Source: Thermoanaerobaculia bacterium (lineage in GTDB: Bacteria > Acidobacteriota > Thermoanaerobaculia > UBA5066). Taken from it: a stretch of DNA of 58,850 nt. The notes under the pieces were generated by a model that was not told where the DNA came from, did not search any database, and saw only the letters and a program-made list of their open reading frames with translations. Below are positions 8,103 to 16,514 of this stretch, piece after piece. The stretch spans positions 1-58,850 of the forward strand of contig JBGQDL010000002.1 of NCBI GenBank assembly GCA_041495865.1, in the 5' to 3' direction. The position numbers were made by a program, and so were the translations under genes. The number at the start of each line of letters is the position of its first letter. Position 1 is the first letter of the stretch.

Positions 8103-9818
8103 ATGAAACGCGCGGCGCGAGTCGCGCCGCTTCCCATGCCTTTTTTCCAGGACCCGCCCCGGCTCACGAACCAATACGACGACGACCGGGTCCTGAGGAG
8201 CTTCCTCGCCCGGAAGCTCCCGGACGAGACACTCCAGGCCGTCGAGCCTTCGCTCCGCGAGATGGGCGCTCTCGCGGCCGGGCCTCTTTACGACCTCTTG
8301 CTCGCCGAGCCGGACGCCGTTCCGACGCTCACCGGCTGGGACGCGTGGGGCCGGCGGATCGACCGCATCGAGCCGACGCGCCTCTGGAAGGAAGTGGCTC
8401 CGCTCGCCGCCCGGATGGGGCTCATCGCGCTCGCATACGAGCGGCCGTGGGGCGCCCTCTCGCGCCTCCCGCAGATGGCGCTCGCGTATCTTTTCGAGCC
8501 CTCTTCCGGCGTTTACAGCTGCCCTCTCGCGATGACGGACGGTGCCGCGCGGACGCTGATCGTCTCCGGGAATCGCGAGCTGAAAGAGCGCGCCTACCCG
8601 CGCCTGACGAGCCGTGATCCGTCGCGGGCGTGGACCTCGGGACAGTGGATGACGGAGCGGACGGGCGGTTCCGACGTGGGCCTGTCGGAGACGGTCGCGA
8701 GGAGCACGCCCGAGGGCTGGCGGCTCTTCGGCACGAAGTGGTTCACCTCGGCCACGAGCTCCGAGATGGCGCTCACTCTCGGACGTCCCGAGGGGAACCC
8801 GCCGGGCGGGAGCGGCCTCGCTCTTTTCTTCGTCGAAACGCGCGACGCCTCCGGCGCTTTGAACGGAATCGAGATCCTCCGGCTGAAGGACAAGCTCGGA
8901 ACGCGCATGGTCCCGACGGCCGAGCTCCTCCTGAACGGAGCGATCGCCGCGCCGGTGATGGGCCTTTCCGGCGGCGTGAAGAACATCACGCCCATGCTGA
9001 CGCTCACCCGGATGTGGAACTCGGTGGCAGCCGTCGCCGGCATGCGTCGCGCGCTGGCGCTGGCGCGCGATTACGCCCGCCGGCGCGTGGCCTTCGGCGC
9101 CCCGCTCGCGGAGAAGGCGCTCCACCTCGAGACGCTCGCCGATCTCCAGGCCGTGTTCGAAGGCGCGTTTCACCTCACGTTCCGTGCCGTCGAGCTCGTC
9201 GGGCGCGACGAGGCCGAAGGCCTCGGCGAGCGCGAGGCCGCCCTCCTGCGCCTCCTGACGCCGATCGTGAAGCTCACGACGGGAAAACAGGTCGTGTCCG
9301 TCGCGAGCGAGACCCTGGAGTGCTTCGGCGGAGCCGGTTACGTCGAGAACACCGGCCTGCCGCGCCTCCTTCGCGACGCCCAGGTCCTGCCGATCTGGGA
9401 GGGGACGACGAACGTGCTCTCCCTCGACCTCCTGCGCGCGGCGGCGAAGACGGGCGGCCTCGCGCCTCTGGCCGCCGAAGTCGATCGGGCCCTTCAGGGC
9501 GTCTCGCACCCGGACCTGGCGGCCGCGGGTGACCGGGCCCGGGCCGCGGTGCGCCATGCGGAAAGCTGGCTCGCGGGCGCGAAGGACCCCGGGAGCCTCG
9601 AGGCTGGAGCCCGGCGCCTCGCGCTCACGCTCGGGCTCGCGCTCGAGACGGCGCTCCTGGCCGAGCACGCGAACTGGGCGCTCGAAAGGGAGCGGGACGC
9701 GCGTCCGGCGCACGCCGCGAGACGCCTCTCGCGCCTCCACGTCGGCCTCATCGACGACGGTTCGTCGGCAGCCGAGGCACGGGGCCTTGGGCGGGACGAG
9801 CCGGTTCCTTTGGCATAG
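8103..9818 (+). CDS. acyl-CoA dehydrogenase family protein, AidB-like
   Basis: 571 aa. WMTERTGGSDVG...GTKWFTSA...ECFGGAGYVE are motifs of the AidB subgroup of ACADs. Confidence 0.8.
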   Translation: MKRAARVAPLPMPFFQDPPRLTNQYDDDRVLRSFLARKLPDETLQAVEPSLREMGALAAGPLYDLLLAEPDAVPTLTGWDAWGRRIDRIEPTRLWKEVAPLAARMGLIALAYERPWGALSRLPQMALAYLFEPSSGVYSCPLAMTDGAARTLIVSGNRELKERAYPRLTSRDPSRAWTSGQWMTERTGGSDVGLSETVARSTPEGWRLFGTKWFTSATSSEMALTLGRPEGNPPGGSGLALFFVETRDASGALNGIEILRLKDKLGTRMVPTAELLLNGAIAAPVMGLSGGVKNITPMLTLTRMWNSVAAVAGMRRALALARDYARRRVAFGAPLAEKALHLETLADLQAVFEGAFHLTFRAVELVGRDEAEGLGEREAALLRLLTPIVKLTTGKQVVSVASETLECFGGAGYVENTGLPRLLRDAQVLPIWEGTTNVLSLDLLRAAAKTGGLAPLAAEVDRALQGVSHPDLAAAGDRARAAVRHAESWLAGAKDPGSLEAGARRLALTLGLALETALLAEHANWALERERDARPAHAARRLSRLHVGLIDDGSSAAEARGLGRDEPVPLA

Positions 9819-9845
9819 CCCCGGCGTACCGCTAACATCCCGCTC

Positions 9846-10106
9846 GTGAAGCGCGCGGCCCTGCTGATCCTCGTGGTCGGGGCACCGCTCGTGCTCCTCT
9901 TCTTCCCCGAGCTTCGTCGGCGCATCGGGAAGAAGCTGCGCTTCCTCCTGTTGCTCTGGGCGGGCTCCGTCCTCGGCATCTCACTTCTCACCGCGGGAAA
10001 AGGCGCTCTCCTCGAAGGACGATCCACGGCGGAGGCCGTCTTCGCGGCGGTCGGCGTCGCGCTGTTCGCCGCCGCGTTCTTCTCCATCCTTCGGGACTCC
10101 CGTTAG
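9846..10106 (+). CDS. small hypothetical membrane protein
   Basis: 86 aa with three hydrophobic segments and high GC3. GTG start. Confidence 0.45.
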   Translation: MKRAALLILVVGAPLVLLFFPELRRRIGKKLRFLLLLWAGSVLGISLLTAGKGALLEGRSTAEAVFAAVGVALFAAAFFSILRDSR

Positions 10107-10110
10107 CTCG

Positions 10111-10941
10111 ATGGACCCCATCTTCCTCTACGGTACGGCGTGGAAGGAGCACGAGACCGAGCGGTTGACCCGTCTCGCTCTCGAAGCGGGCTTCAGAGGC
10201 GTCGACACGGCGAACCAAAGGCGCCACTACTTCGAGGCCGGAGTCGGCGCCGCGGTGAAGAAAGCCATCGCCGGCGGAGTCGTACGGCGCGACGAGGTGT
10301 TCCTTCAAACGAAGTTCACCTACTCGAGCGGCCAGGACCATCGCCTGCCGTACGATCCGAACGCGGATACGGCCGCTCAGGTTCGCCAGTCGTTCGCGAG
10401 CTCGCTCGAGCACCTGCAGGTGGATTCGATCGATTCATACGTTCTTCACGGACCGTCGAGCCGCTGGGGGCTCGCCGCGAGCGACCTCGAAGCGTGGCGG
10501 GCGATGGAAGAGCTGCAGGCCGCCGGAGGAACGCGATTTCTCGGGATCTCCAACGTCACGCTGGACCAGCTCGAGGAGCTGCGGTCGCAGGCGGTCGTCG
10601 CGCCCGCCTTCGTCCAGAACCGGTGCTTCGCGAGCCTCGGATGGGACCGCGCGGTCCGTGCCTTCTGCCGCGCGAATGGCGCCGTGTACCAGGGCTTTTC
10701 CCTGCTCACCGCGAACGTCAGGGAGCTCCAACATCCCGCCTTCCTCCGCCTCGCCGCCCGCGTCGGGAAGACTCCAGCGCAGGTCGTCTTCCGTTTCGCG
10801 CAACAGGTGGGCATGCTTCCGCTGACCGGGACGACGGACGTCGAGCACATGCGCGAGGACCTCGAAGCAACCCGGTTCGAGCTTTCCGAAGAGGACGTGC
10901 ATCTGGTCGAGACGATCGACGCGGTCGCCGCGGCGCGTTGA
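10111..10941 (+). CDS. aldo/keto reductase
   Basis: GTAWK...GFRGVDTA...HGP...ISNV... pattern typical of the AKR family. 276 aa. Confidence 0.85.
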   Translation: MDPIFLYGTAWKEHETERLTRLALEAGFRGVDTANQRRHYFEAGVGAAVKKAIAGGVVRRDEVFLQTKFTYSSGQDHRLPYDPNADTAAQVRQSFASSLEHLQVDSIDSYVLHGPSSRWGLAASDLEAWRAMEELQAAGGTRFLGISNVTLDQLEELRSQAVVAPAFVQNRCFASLGWDRAVRAFCRANGAVYQGFSLLTANVRELQHPAFLRLAARVGKTPAQVVFRFAQQVGMLPLTGTTDVEHMREDLEATRFELSEEDVHLVETIDAVAAAR

Positions 10942-11037
10942 GAAGTCGCCTGACCCCTCGTCGCAGCAGAGTCGCCTGGCGCGTGAGCAAGCTCGTCCCC
11001 TTCATTCACTGAATGAAGCGCGCAGCACTTTGCCGGG

Positions 11038-12222
11038 TCAGGGCTCGCCGCGGTACAGGGCCTCGAGATCGTCGAGCAGCCGGGGGAGGCGGAAAACGGA
11101 GGACGACGCCTCGGGGGCTCGTCGCGGCGGTTGCTCCGCCAGGTGATCGGCCAGCTCGCCGGTGTTTCCAGGCGTCACCAGCGCTCCGCGCGGCCGCTCC
11201 AGGTTGTAGAAGCGCCGATTCCACAGCCCGCCCGCGAACGTCCGCAGCAGCAGATCGGGAACTCCACCGACCGCCGTAGCGACGATCGGCAGGCCGCAGA
11301 CCGTGGCCTCGATGAGCGAAAGCGGCGTTCCCTCCTGATGCGAGCACAGCACAACCCCGTCGAGATCGGCGTAGATCCGGGGAAGGTCGAGCCGTGGCCC
11401 GCAGAAAACCAGCCTCCCCTCGAGACCCTCGTCGCGCACCCGCCGCCGGAACCCGTCCAGCCCCTCGCCGCCGCCGACGACGACGATCGCCGGTGCGGCT
11501 TCTCCCCGGCTCTCGCGAAGCAGGCGGGCGACGGTGACGAGCTGGGCGTAGTTCTTGACCGGCGCAATGCGCCCCACCGCGCCCCAAAGGAACTTGCCCT
11601 CGGGGATGCCGAGCTCACGCCGGAAGTCGCCCCGCGGCGGCAGGGTCTCGAGGCTTGCCAGGTCGAGGGCGTTTGGGACGATCACAATGCGAGCCGGATG
11701 GAGCCGGAGCAGGCGGGCGATTTCCGCCCGCTGGAGCGGCGAGAGAGCGACCACCCGATTTGTCGCCACGCGCGCCAGCACCGACTCGACGCCGCGGAAA
11801 ATCGCGCTGGCAAGCGGGGAGAAGTAGCCGGTCAGCGAGTGGCCGTGGAAAGTATGGAAGACCCGGAACGTGTCGCCCTGAGACGGCACCCGGGCGAGAG
11901 CCACCGCCAAGCGGCCCAGTGTGCCAGCCTTTGCGGTGTGGGTGTGGACGACGTCGGGGCGGAAGCGGCGGATGAGCCGACGGAGATCAGTCACGGCCGA
12001 GAGATCGTCCCCGGCGTGCGGCGTGCGACTCATGCGCAGAATCGTGACGACCTCGACCCCCATGCGCGCGGCGAAGGCGGAAAGGTCGTCTTCGCCCGTC
12101 TCGACCTGCCCTGCTGCAAGGAGGACCTGGTGTCCGCGGGCCGCCAGGCCGGCATTGGCCCACACCGCGTGCTTGGTGGGGCCGCCCGAATTCAGGCGCG
12201 TCAGAACACGGAGGATTCGCAA
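11038..12222 (-). CDS. glycosyltransferase family 4 (GT-B)
   Basis: MRILRVLTRLNSGGP...DVVHTHTAKAG...C-terminal E..G.P...EA motif (HQEGTPLSLIEATVCGLPIVAT). TTG start. Confidence 0.85.
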   Translation of the reverse strand: MRILRVLTRLNSGGPTKHAVWANAGLAARGHQVLLAAGQVETGEDDLSAFAARMGVEVVTILRMSRTPHAGDDLSAVTDLRRLIRRFRPDVVHTHTAKAGTLGRLAVALARVPSQGDTFRVFHTFHGHSLTGYFSPLASAIFRGVESVLARVATNRVVALSPLQRAEIARLLRLHPARIVIVPNALDLASLETLPPRGDFRRELGIPEGKFLWGAVGRIAPVKNYAQLVTVARLLRESRGEAAPAIVVVGGGEGLDGFRRRVRDEGLEGRLVFCGPRLDLPRIYADLDGVVLCSHQEGTPLSLIEATVCGLPIVATAVGGVPDLLLRTFAGGLWNRRFYNLERPRGALVTPGNTGELADHLAEQPPRRAPEASSSVFRLPRLLDDLEALYRGEP

Positions 12223-12250
12223 GCTACCGGCGGCTCGCGGTTGCAGGCCA

Positions 12251-14029
12251 CTAGCGAATGCCCGCCTCGCGCAGCTCGACGCTGCGCTCCACGCAAACCT
12301 GTCGGGCCGCGCGAAGCACCGCGGGGTCGAGGTCGGTGATGGCGACGATGACCTCGTCCGCCGGGTCGGCGTCGAGGACTTGGGGCAGCATGGCGAGCGG
12401 GCCGAGCACCGGCGAGCCGTTCAGACGGCGGCCGATCTTGTCGGGACTGTCGTCGAGGAAGCCGATCACCCGAGAGCGGGCGTGACGGTCGTTCTTGAGC
12501 AGTCGCAGCACGGCATCGCCCAGGTTCCCGGCACCGAGGATCACCACCCGTCGCCCACCGGGGCCTCGGAAGGGGTCCAGCACCTCGGCGATCGAGCGCG
12601 TTGCCATGCGCGCGAGAGCCACCGCTGCCGTGGTGAGGATGGCATCGAGGACGATGACGGCCTGGGAGTGCACGGCGATGCCTCCGGTGAAGACAAGGAA
12701 GGCGACGAAGAAGAGCGAGGAGATGGCGACTCCACGTACGATGGCCAGCAGGTCGGCCAGCGCGAAGGCTCCCGGCACGCTCCGGTAGACGCCGGCGGCG
12801 AAGAACGAGACGAGCCGGAGGGTGATCACGATCGGCAGCATGCGGGTCAGCAGCTCGGTCTGCGCACTCGCCAGGGTACCTCCCCACCGCAAGAGCGTTG
12901 CGGCCAGGTACGCGCCACAGATCAGTGCGAGGTCGACGATCACCTCGACGACGCGGGTCTTGTGGGCGACGAACGCATCGAGCAGGAAGAAGCCACGGCT
13001 GCGCGCCGCCGAGATCGCCGCCGCGTCACGCTGGTAGACGGGCAGGGAGCCCAGGTAAGCCCCGAAGTAGTAGACGACGAGCGTGGCGATCAGCGACAGC
13101 AGCACCAGCACGGTGCCGGGGAGGGAGTCGAGCGCCAGCGACGTCGCTCCGCCCAGCGCCGCCAGGGCCCACAGCACGAGGACGGCGTTGCGCTCGGGGA
13201 TGCCCAGCGAGACCAACCGGTGGCTGGTGTGGTCGCGCCCGCCCTGGGAGATTCGCCGCCCGGCCAGCAAGCGCAGCACGGTAACCAGAGTGGTATCAAA
13301 GATCGGTACCAGGAGGACGAAGACGGGGACCGCCAGCGTCGCCAGCGTCGTCACCGGCCGTGCTCCGAGGTCGACGAGCGACAGCGCGCCGAGCGCATAG
13401 CCGAGAAAGAGACTCCCGCAGTCCCCCATGAAGACCGTGGCGGGAGTGAAGTTGTAGAGCAGGAATCCCAGGCAAGCGCCGACGAGGCAAAGTGAGGTGG
13501 TGGCAAGGAGCCCGTTTCCCCATCTCAGGGCGTGGAGGGCCAGGACCCCTGCCGCCACCGCGGCCACGCCCGCCGCCAGGCCGTCCATGTTGTCCAGCAG
13601 GTTCATGGCGTTGGTAATGCCGACGATCCACGCCATCGACAAGACCACGGAGACGACGGGATGGAGGCCGGGGATCCGGAGCCCGTAATAGATGGGTAGC
13701 AGGGAAAGCGCGATCTGCGCGATGAGCTTGGTGGCGGGACGGATGCGTATCAGGTCGTCCACGAGGCCCACGACCGCCATCGCCGCCGCACCCACCGCGA
13801 CGCTCAGCCACAGCGGCAATCGGGGCCAGCCGACGAGGGCCACAGCGGGGAGCAGCGCCGCAACGACAATGGCGGGCCCGCCGAGCAGCGCTGTCGGCCG
13901 GCGATGCCAGCGGTCCTCATTGGGCCTGGCGACGAACCCTCGGCGGGTGGCGATGGCGCGGGCCAGCGGAGTGAAGGCGGCCGCAAGGCCGAAGGCGACG
14001 GCGAGCAGGAGAAAGGGACGGGCGCTCAT
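12251..14029 (-). CDS. WecA/MraY-family polyprenyl-phosphate HexNAc-1-P transferase fused to a 4-TM + Rossmann (CoA_binding_3-like) module
   Basis: VDDL, NAMNLLDNMDGLA, MGDCGSLFLGY and DHTSHRL motifs are present. The C-terminus VVILGAGNLGDAVLRLL...VIGFLDD...PVLG resembles the N-terminal module of WbaP/PglF. ATG at 14029 overlaps the upstream TGA (ATGA). The 862-aa ORF start is rejected. Confidence 0.85.
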   Translation of the reverse strand: MSARPFLLLAVAFGLAAAFTPLARAIATRRGFVARPNEDRWHRRPTALLGGPAIVVAALLPAVALVGWPRLPLWLSVAVGAAAMAVVGLVDDLIRIRPATKLIAQIALSLLPIYYGLRIPGLHPVVSVVLSMAWIVGITNAMNLLDNMDGLAAGVAAVAAGVLALHALRWGNGLLATTSLCLVGACLGFLLYNFTPATVFMGDCGSLFLGYALGALSLVDLGARPVTTLATLAVPVFVLLVPIFDTTLVTVLRLLAGRRISQGGRDHTSHRLVSLGIPERNAVLVLWALAALGGATSLALDSLPGTVLVLLSLIATLVVYYFGAYLGSLPVYQRDAAAISAARSRGFFLLDAFVAHKTRVVEVIVDLALICGAYLAATLLRWGGTLASAQTELLTRMLPIVITLRLVSFFAAGVYRSVPGAFALADLLAIVRGVAISSLFFVAFLVFTGGIAVHSQAVIVLDAILTTAAVALARMATRSIAEVLDPFRGPGGRRVVILGAGNLGDAVLRLLKNDRHARSRVIGFLDDSPDKIGRRLNGSPVLGPLAMLPQVLDADPADEVIVAITDLDPAVLRAARQVCVERSVELREAGIR

Positions 14030-14997
14030 ATGGCCAAGCGGTGGTAATCGGCGATTCGCTCGATGATCCGGGACAGCGAGGTGCGAGGAGTGAATCCGAT
14101 CAGATGGCGAATCCTGTTGAGGTCCGGGATGCGCCGCGGCATGTCCTCGAAGCCGCTGGCGTAGGCTTCGGCATACGGGACGAAGACGATCTCCGACCTG
14201 CTCCCCAGCTGCTCGCGGACGAGGTGGGCGAGGTCGTACATGGTGACCTCCTCCAGGCCGCCGATGTTGTAGATCTGCCCCCATGCCTCGCGCCGCTCGA
14301 CCAGGCGCGTGAGCGCCCAGACCACGTCGGCGACGTCGCAGAAACAGCGCGACTGCGTACCGTCCCCGAAGACGGTGAGGGGCGAGTTCGCGAGGGCTTG
14401 GCGGACGAAGCGGGGGAGCACCATCCCGTATCGCCCGGTCTGCCGCGGGCCCGCGGTGTTGAACAGGCGAACGATGCAGACCGGGAGCGACTTCTCGTGA
14501 AAGTAGGCGATCGCGAGGAACTCGTCGAGAGCCTTGCTGCACGCGTAGGCCCAGCGGCCGCGGGTAGTGGCGCCGAGGACCAGGTCGTCGTCCTCGCCGA
14601 AGGGAAGCTTGGTGGACTTGCCGTACACCTCGGAGGTCGAGGTGATGAGCACGGGCTTCTTCTGCTGGTTGGCGAGCTCGAGCACGATCTCGGTGGCTCG
14701 GACGTTGGTTTCGATGGTGCGCACGGGGCTCTCGACCACCAGTTGGACCCCCACCGCCGCCGCCAGATGGAAGATCATGTCGGCGCGCTCCACGAGGCTC
14801 GCCAGCAGCTGGCGATTCATCACCGTATCGATCGTGCACTCGAACGCCGGGTGACCCTTCAGGTGTTGGACGTTCTCGATGCTCCCGGTGGAGAGATCGT
14901 CGATGACGAGGACACGATGCCCCTGCGCGAGGAGGCGCTCGGCGAGATGACTGCCGATGAAACCGGCGCCGCCAGTGATCAAATCGGTCCTGATCAT
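14026..14997 (-). CDS. NAD-dependent epimerase/dehydratase (extended SDR; UDP-sugar epimerase or decarboxylase type)
   Basis: ITGGAGFIGSHL Rossmann motif. The YACSK catalytic motif is YxxxK. 323 aa. Confidence 0.9.
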   Translation of the reverse strand: MIRTDLITGGAGFIGSHLAERLLAQGHRVLVIDDLSTGSIENVQHLKGHPAFECTIDTVMNRQLLASLVERADMIFHLAAAVGVQLVVESPVRTIETNVRATEIVLELANQQKKPVLITSTSEVYGKSTKLPFGEDDDLVLGATTRGRWAYACSKALDEFLAIAYFHEKSLPVCIVRLFNTAGPRQTGRYGMVLPRFVRQALANSPLTVFGDGTQSRCFCDVADVVWALTRLVERREAWGQIYNIGGLEEVTMYDLAHLVREQLGSRSEIVFVPYAEAYASGFEDMPRRIPDLNRIRHLIGFTPRTSLSRIIERIADYHRLAI

Positions 14998-15315
14998 CGC
15001 GGAGCCGAAAGGGCTCAGGCCGGCACCACGTGGGGGTCGCCGCCGCAGTAAACGCGGGGCCCGGCCAGCCGCTCGACGACGTACTCCGGCATGCGGACGT
15101 TCACCTCTTGCACTGGGCGCCCCGAAACTGGCGGAGAGTGCTCATGCATGCTAGCGCCGCTGCCTCGCGTTCGCCAAGCGTCCTGCCGGCGGCCCCTGGG
15201 CAGGCTCCCACAGCCGGGAACCCGCTGGCGAGCCATCCCCCTGGGAGGCCGCTGCCGGTGGCGGCTGGGCCGGCGGTTGAGGCCCTTTGCGTCGACGGGT
15301 AAGCTGCCGCCGTCC

Positions 15316-15573
15316 ATGTCACCGCACGAGACAGTGGCGGCGTTCCTGCGGGCGCGCTTTCGCCCCTCCCTTCGGAGCGGCCAGCTCGGACTCGACCAGC
15401 CACTGCTGTCGAGCGGCATCGTCGACTCCTTCGGCGTCCTGGAGCTCATCGCCTTTCTCGAGGACACCTTCCACGTCACCATCTCTCCGTCGCGCCTCGA
15501 GATGACGGAGCTCGAGACCGTCAATCGCATCGTGGCGCTGGTCGAGCGGGTACGCCAGGGAACGGGCGGCTGA
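15316..15573 (+). CDS. phosphopantetheine-type carrier protein, DltC-like
   Basis: 85 aa. LLSSGIVDSFGVLELIAFLEDTF contains the DSx Ser (Ser38). The DSFG..EL context resembles D-alanyl carrier proteins rather than the FAS ACP DSLD motif. Its stop overlaps the next ATG (TGATG). Confidence 0.75.
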   Translation: MSPHETVAAFLRARFRPSLRSGQLGLDQPLLSSGIVDSFGVLELIAFLEDTFHVTISPSRLEMTELETVNRIVALVERVRQGTGG

Positions 15574-16514
15574 TGACCTACGTCTACGATCTGACGCTCG
15601 GGCTCCCTCACACCAATCATCGTGGGCTTTCCGAGCACCTGCTGCTCGAGTACGCCGGCCACTTTCAGTGGCAATCGATCTGCGCCGCGGCCGGCGCTCC
15701 GCTTTCCAGGCTGCGGTCCACCGCCGGCAACGAGGTCTATGCCAGCTTCTACTACATCGAGGAGCGCATTCCGCCCACCGCGCCGCTCGAGTCCTTCGGG
15801 CTCGACGACACCTTGCGGTTCGCCATCGCCCTGCGGTCGTTCAAGAACATCGTCCTCGAGGGACGGCTGGTCTTCGATCGCCGCGAGCGCCTGCCGGACA
15901 CGCGGCGCTTCGAGGCGATGCTGGCAGCCACGACCGGCGACATCGCCTCGCCGTTCATCCGCTTCGCCAACATCTTCATCACGCCGGAGGGCGGCAACAG
16001 CCGACTCCGCGTGGCACCGCCGGCAGACGTCGACTTCTCGGCTCTTCCAGCCCTGCCAAACGACGACAATCCGTACCATCTGACCCGCGCCGCCAGCGAG
16101 CACGGCAGGCTCGGCGTGCTGGACGAAGCATGGTTGCCGGTCGGCGCCTTCCAGCACCGCTACGACATCGACGTCGATCGGGACACCAATGGCGCCGGTC
16201 TGGTCTACTTCGCCAACTTCGTGGCGTTCATGGACACTGCCGAGCGCCTGGCGCTGCGCACGCTTGCGCTTGCGGGCGGGGACGTCGGCGCCTCGGCCCG
16301 GCGGTCGTTGCGACATCGCCGCATCGCGTACTACGGCAACGCGGGTTTGTCCGACACGCTGCTCGTGAGAGTGACGATCCTGCGCCACCCGGCGCACCCT
16401 GACCGCCTGGGATTCCGCTATTCCGTCGAGCGCCAGGAAGACCACGAAGCGATTTGCCTTTCGGAGGCGATCAAGGCTCTTCCCATCGGCGCCTGCGAGA
16501 TCGGCGTCTCGTGA
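15573..16514 (+). CDS. double hot-dog fold protein, LnmK-like acyltransferase/decarboxylase candidate
   Basis: 313 aa in two halves. The N-terminal half has GLPHTNHRGLSEHLLLEYAGHFQW. The C-terminal half has DIDVDRDTNGAGLVYFANFVAFMDTAE, which resembles the 4HBT-type hot-dog signature. Assignment is from memory of the family and is not searched. Confidence 0.6.
   Translation: MTYVYDLTLGLPHTNHRGLSEHLLLEYAGHFQWQSICAAAGAPLSRLRSTAGNEVYASFYYIEERIPPTAPLESFGLDDTLRFAIALRSFKNIVLEGRLVFDRRERLPDTRRFEAMLAATTGDIASPFIRFANIFITPEGGNSRLRVAPPADVDFSALPALPNDDNPYHLTRAASEHGRLGVLDEAWLPVGAFQHRYDIDVDRDTNGAGLVYFANFVAFMDTAERLALRTLALAGGDVGASARRSLRHRRIAYYGNAGLSDTLLVRVTILRHPAHPDRLGFRYSVERQEDHEAICLSEAIKALPIGACEIGVS

Noticed and set aside
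8031-9740. 569-aa minus-strand ORF antisense to the AidB-like gene
   Set aside because: It has the same antisense low-complexity pattern and no motifs. The plus-strand product has clear ACAD motifs.
12251-14839. 862-aa reading of the WecA-like gene
   Set aside because: The upstream 270 codons are an alternate frame of the epimerase gene. The ATG at 14029 gives a normal PNPT N-terminus and an ATGA overlap with the epimerase stop.
15136-15160. Cluster of overlapping hexamer palindromes (catgcatgctagc) in the divergent promoter region of the polysaccharide locus
   Set aside because: It is short and could arise by chance. I could not fit a sigma70 or sigma54 promoter: TGGCGG-N-TGCT has the wrong GG-GC spacing.
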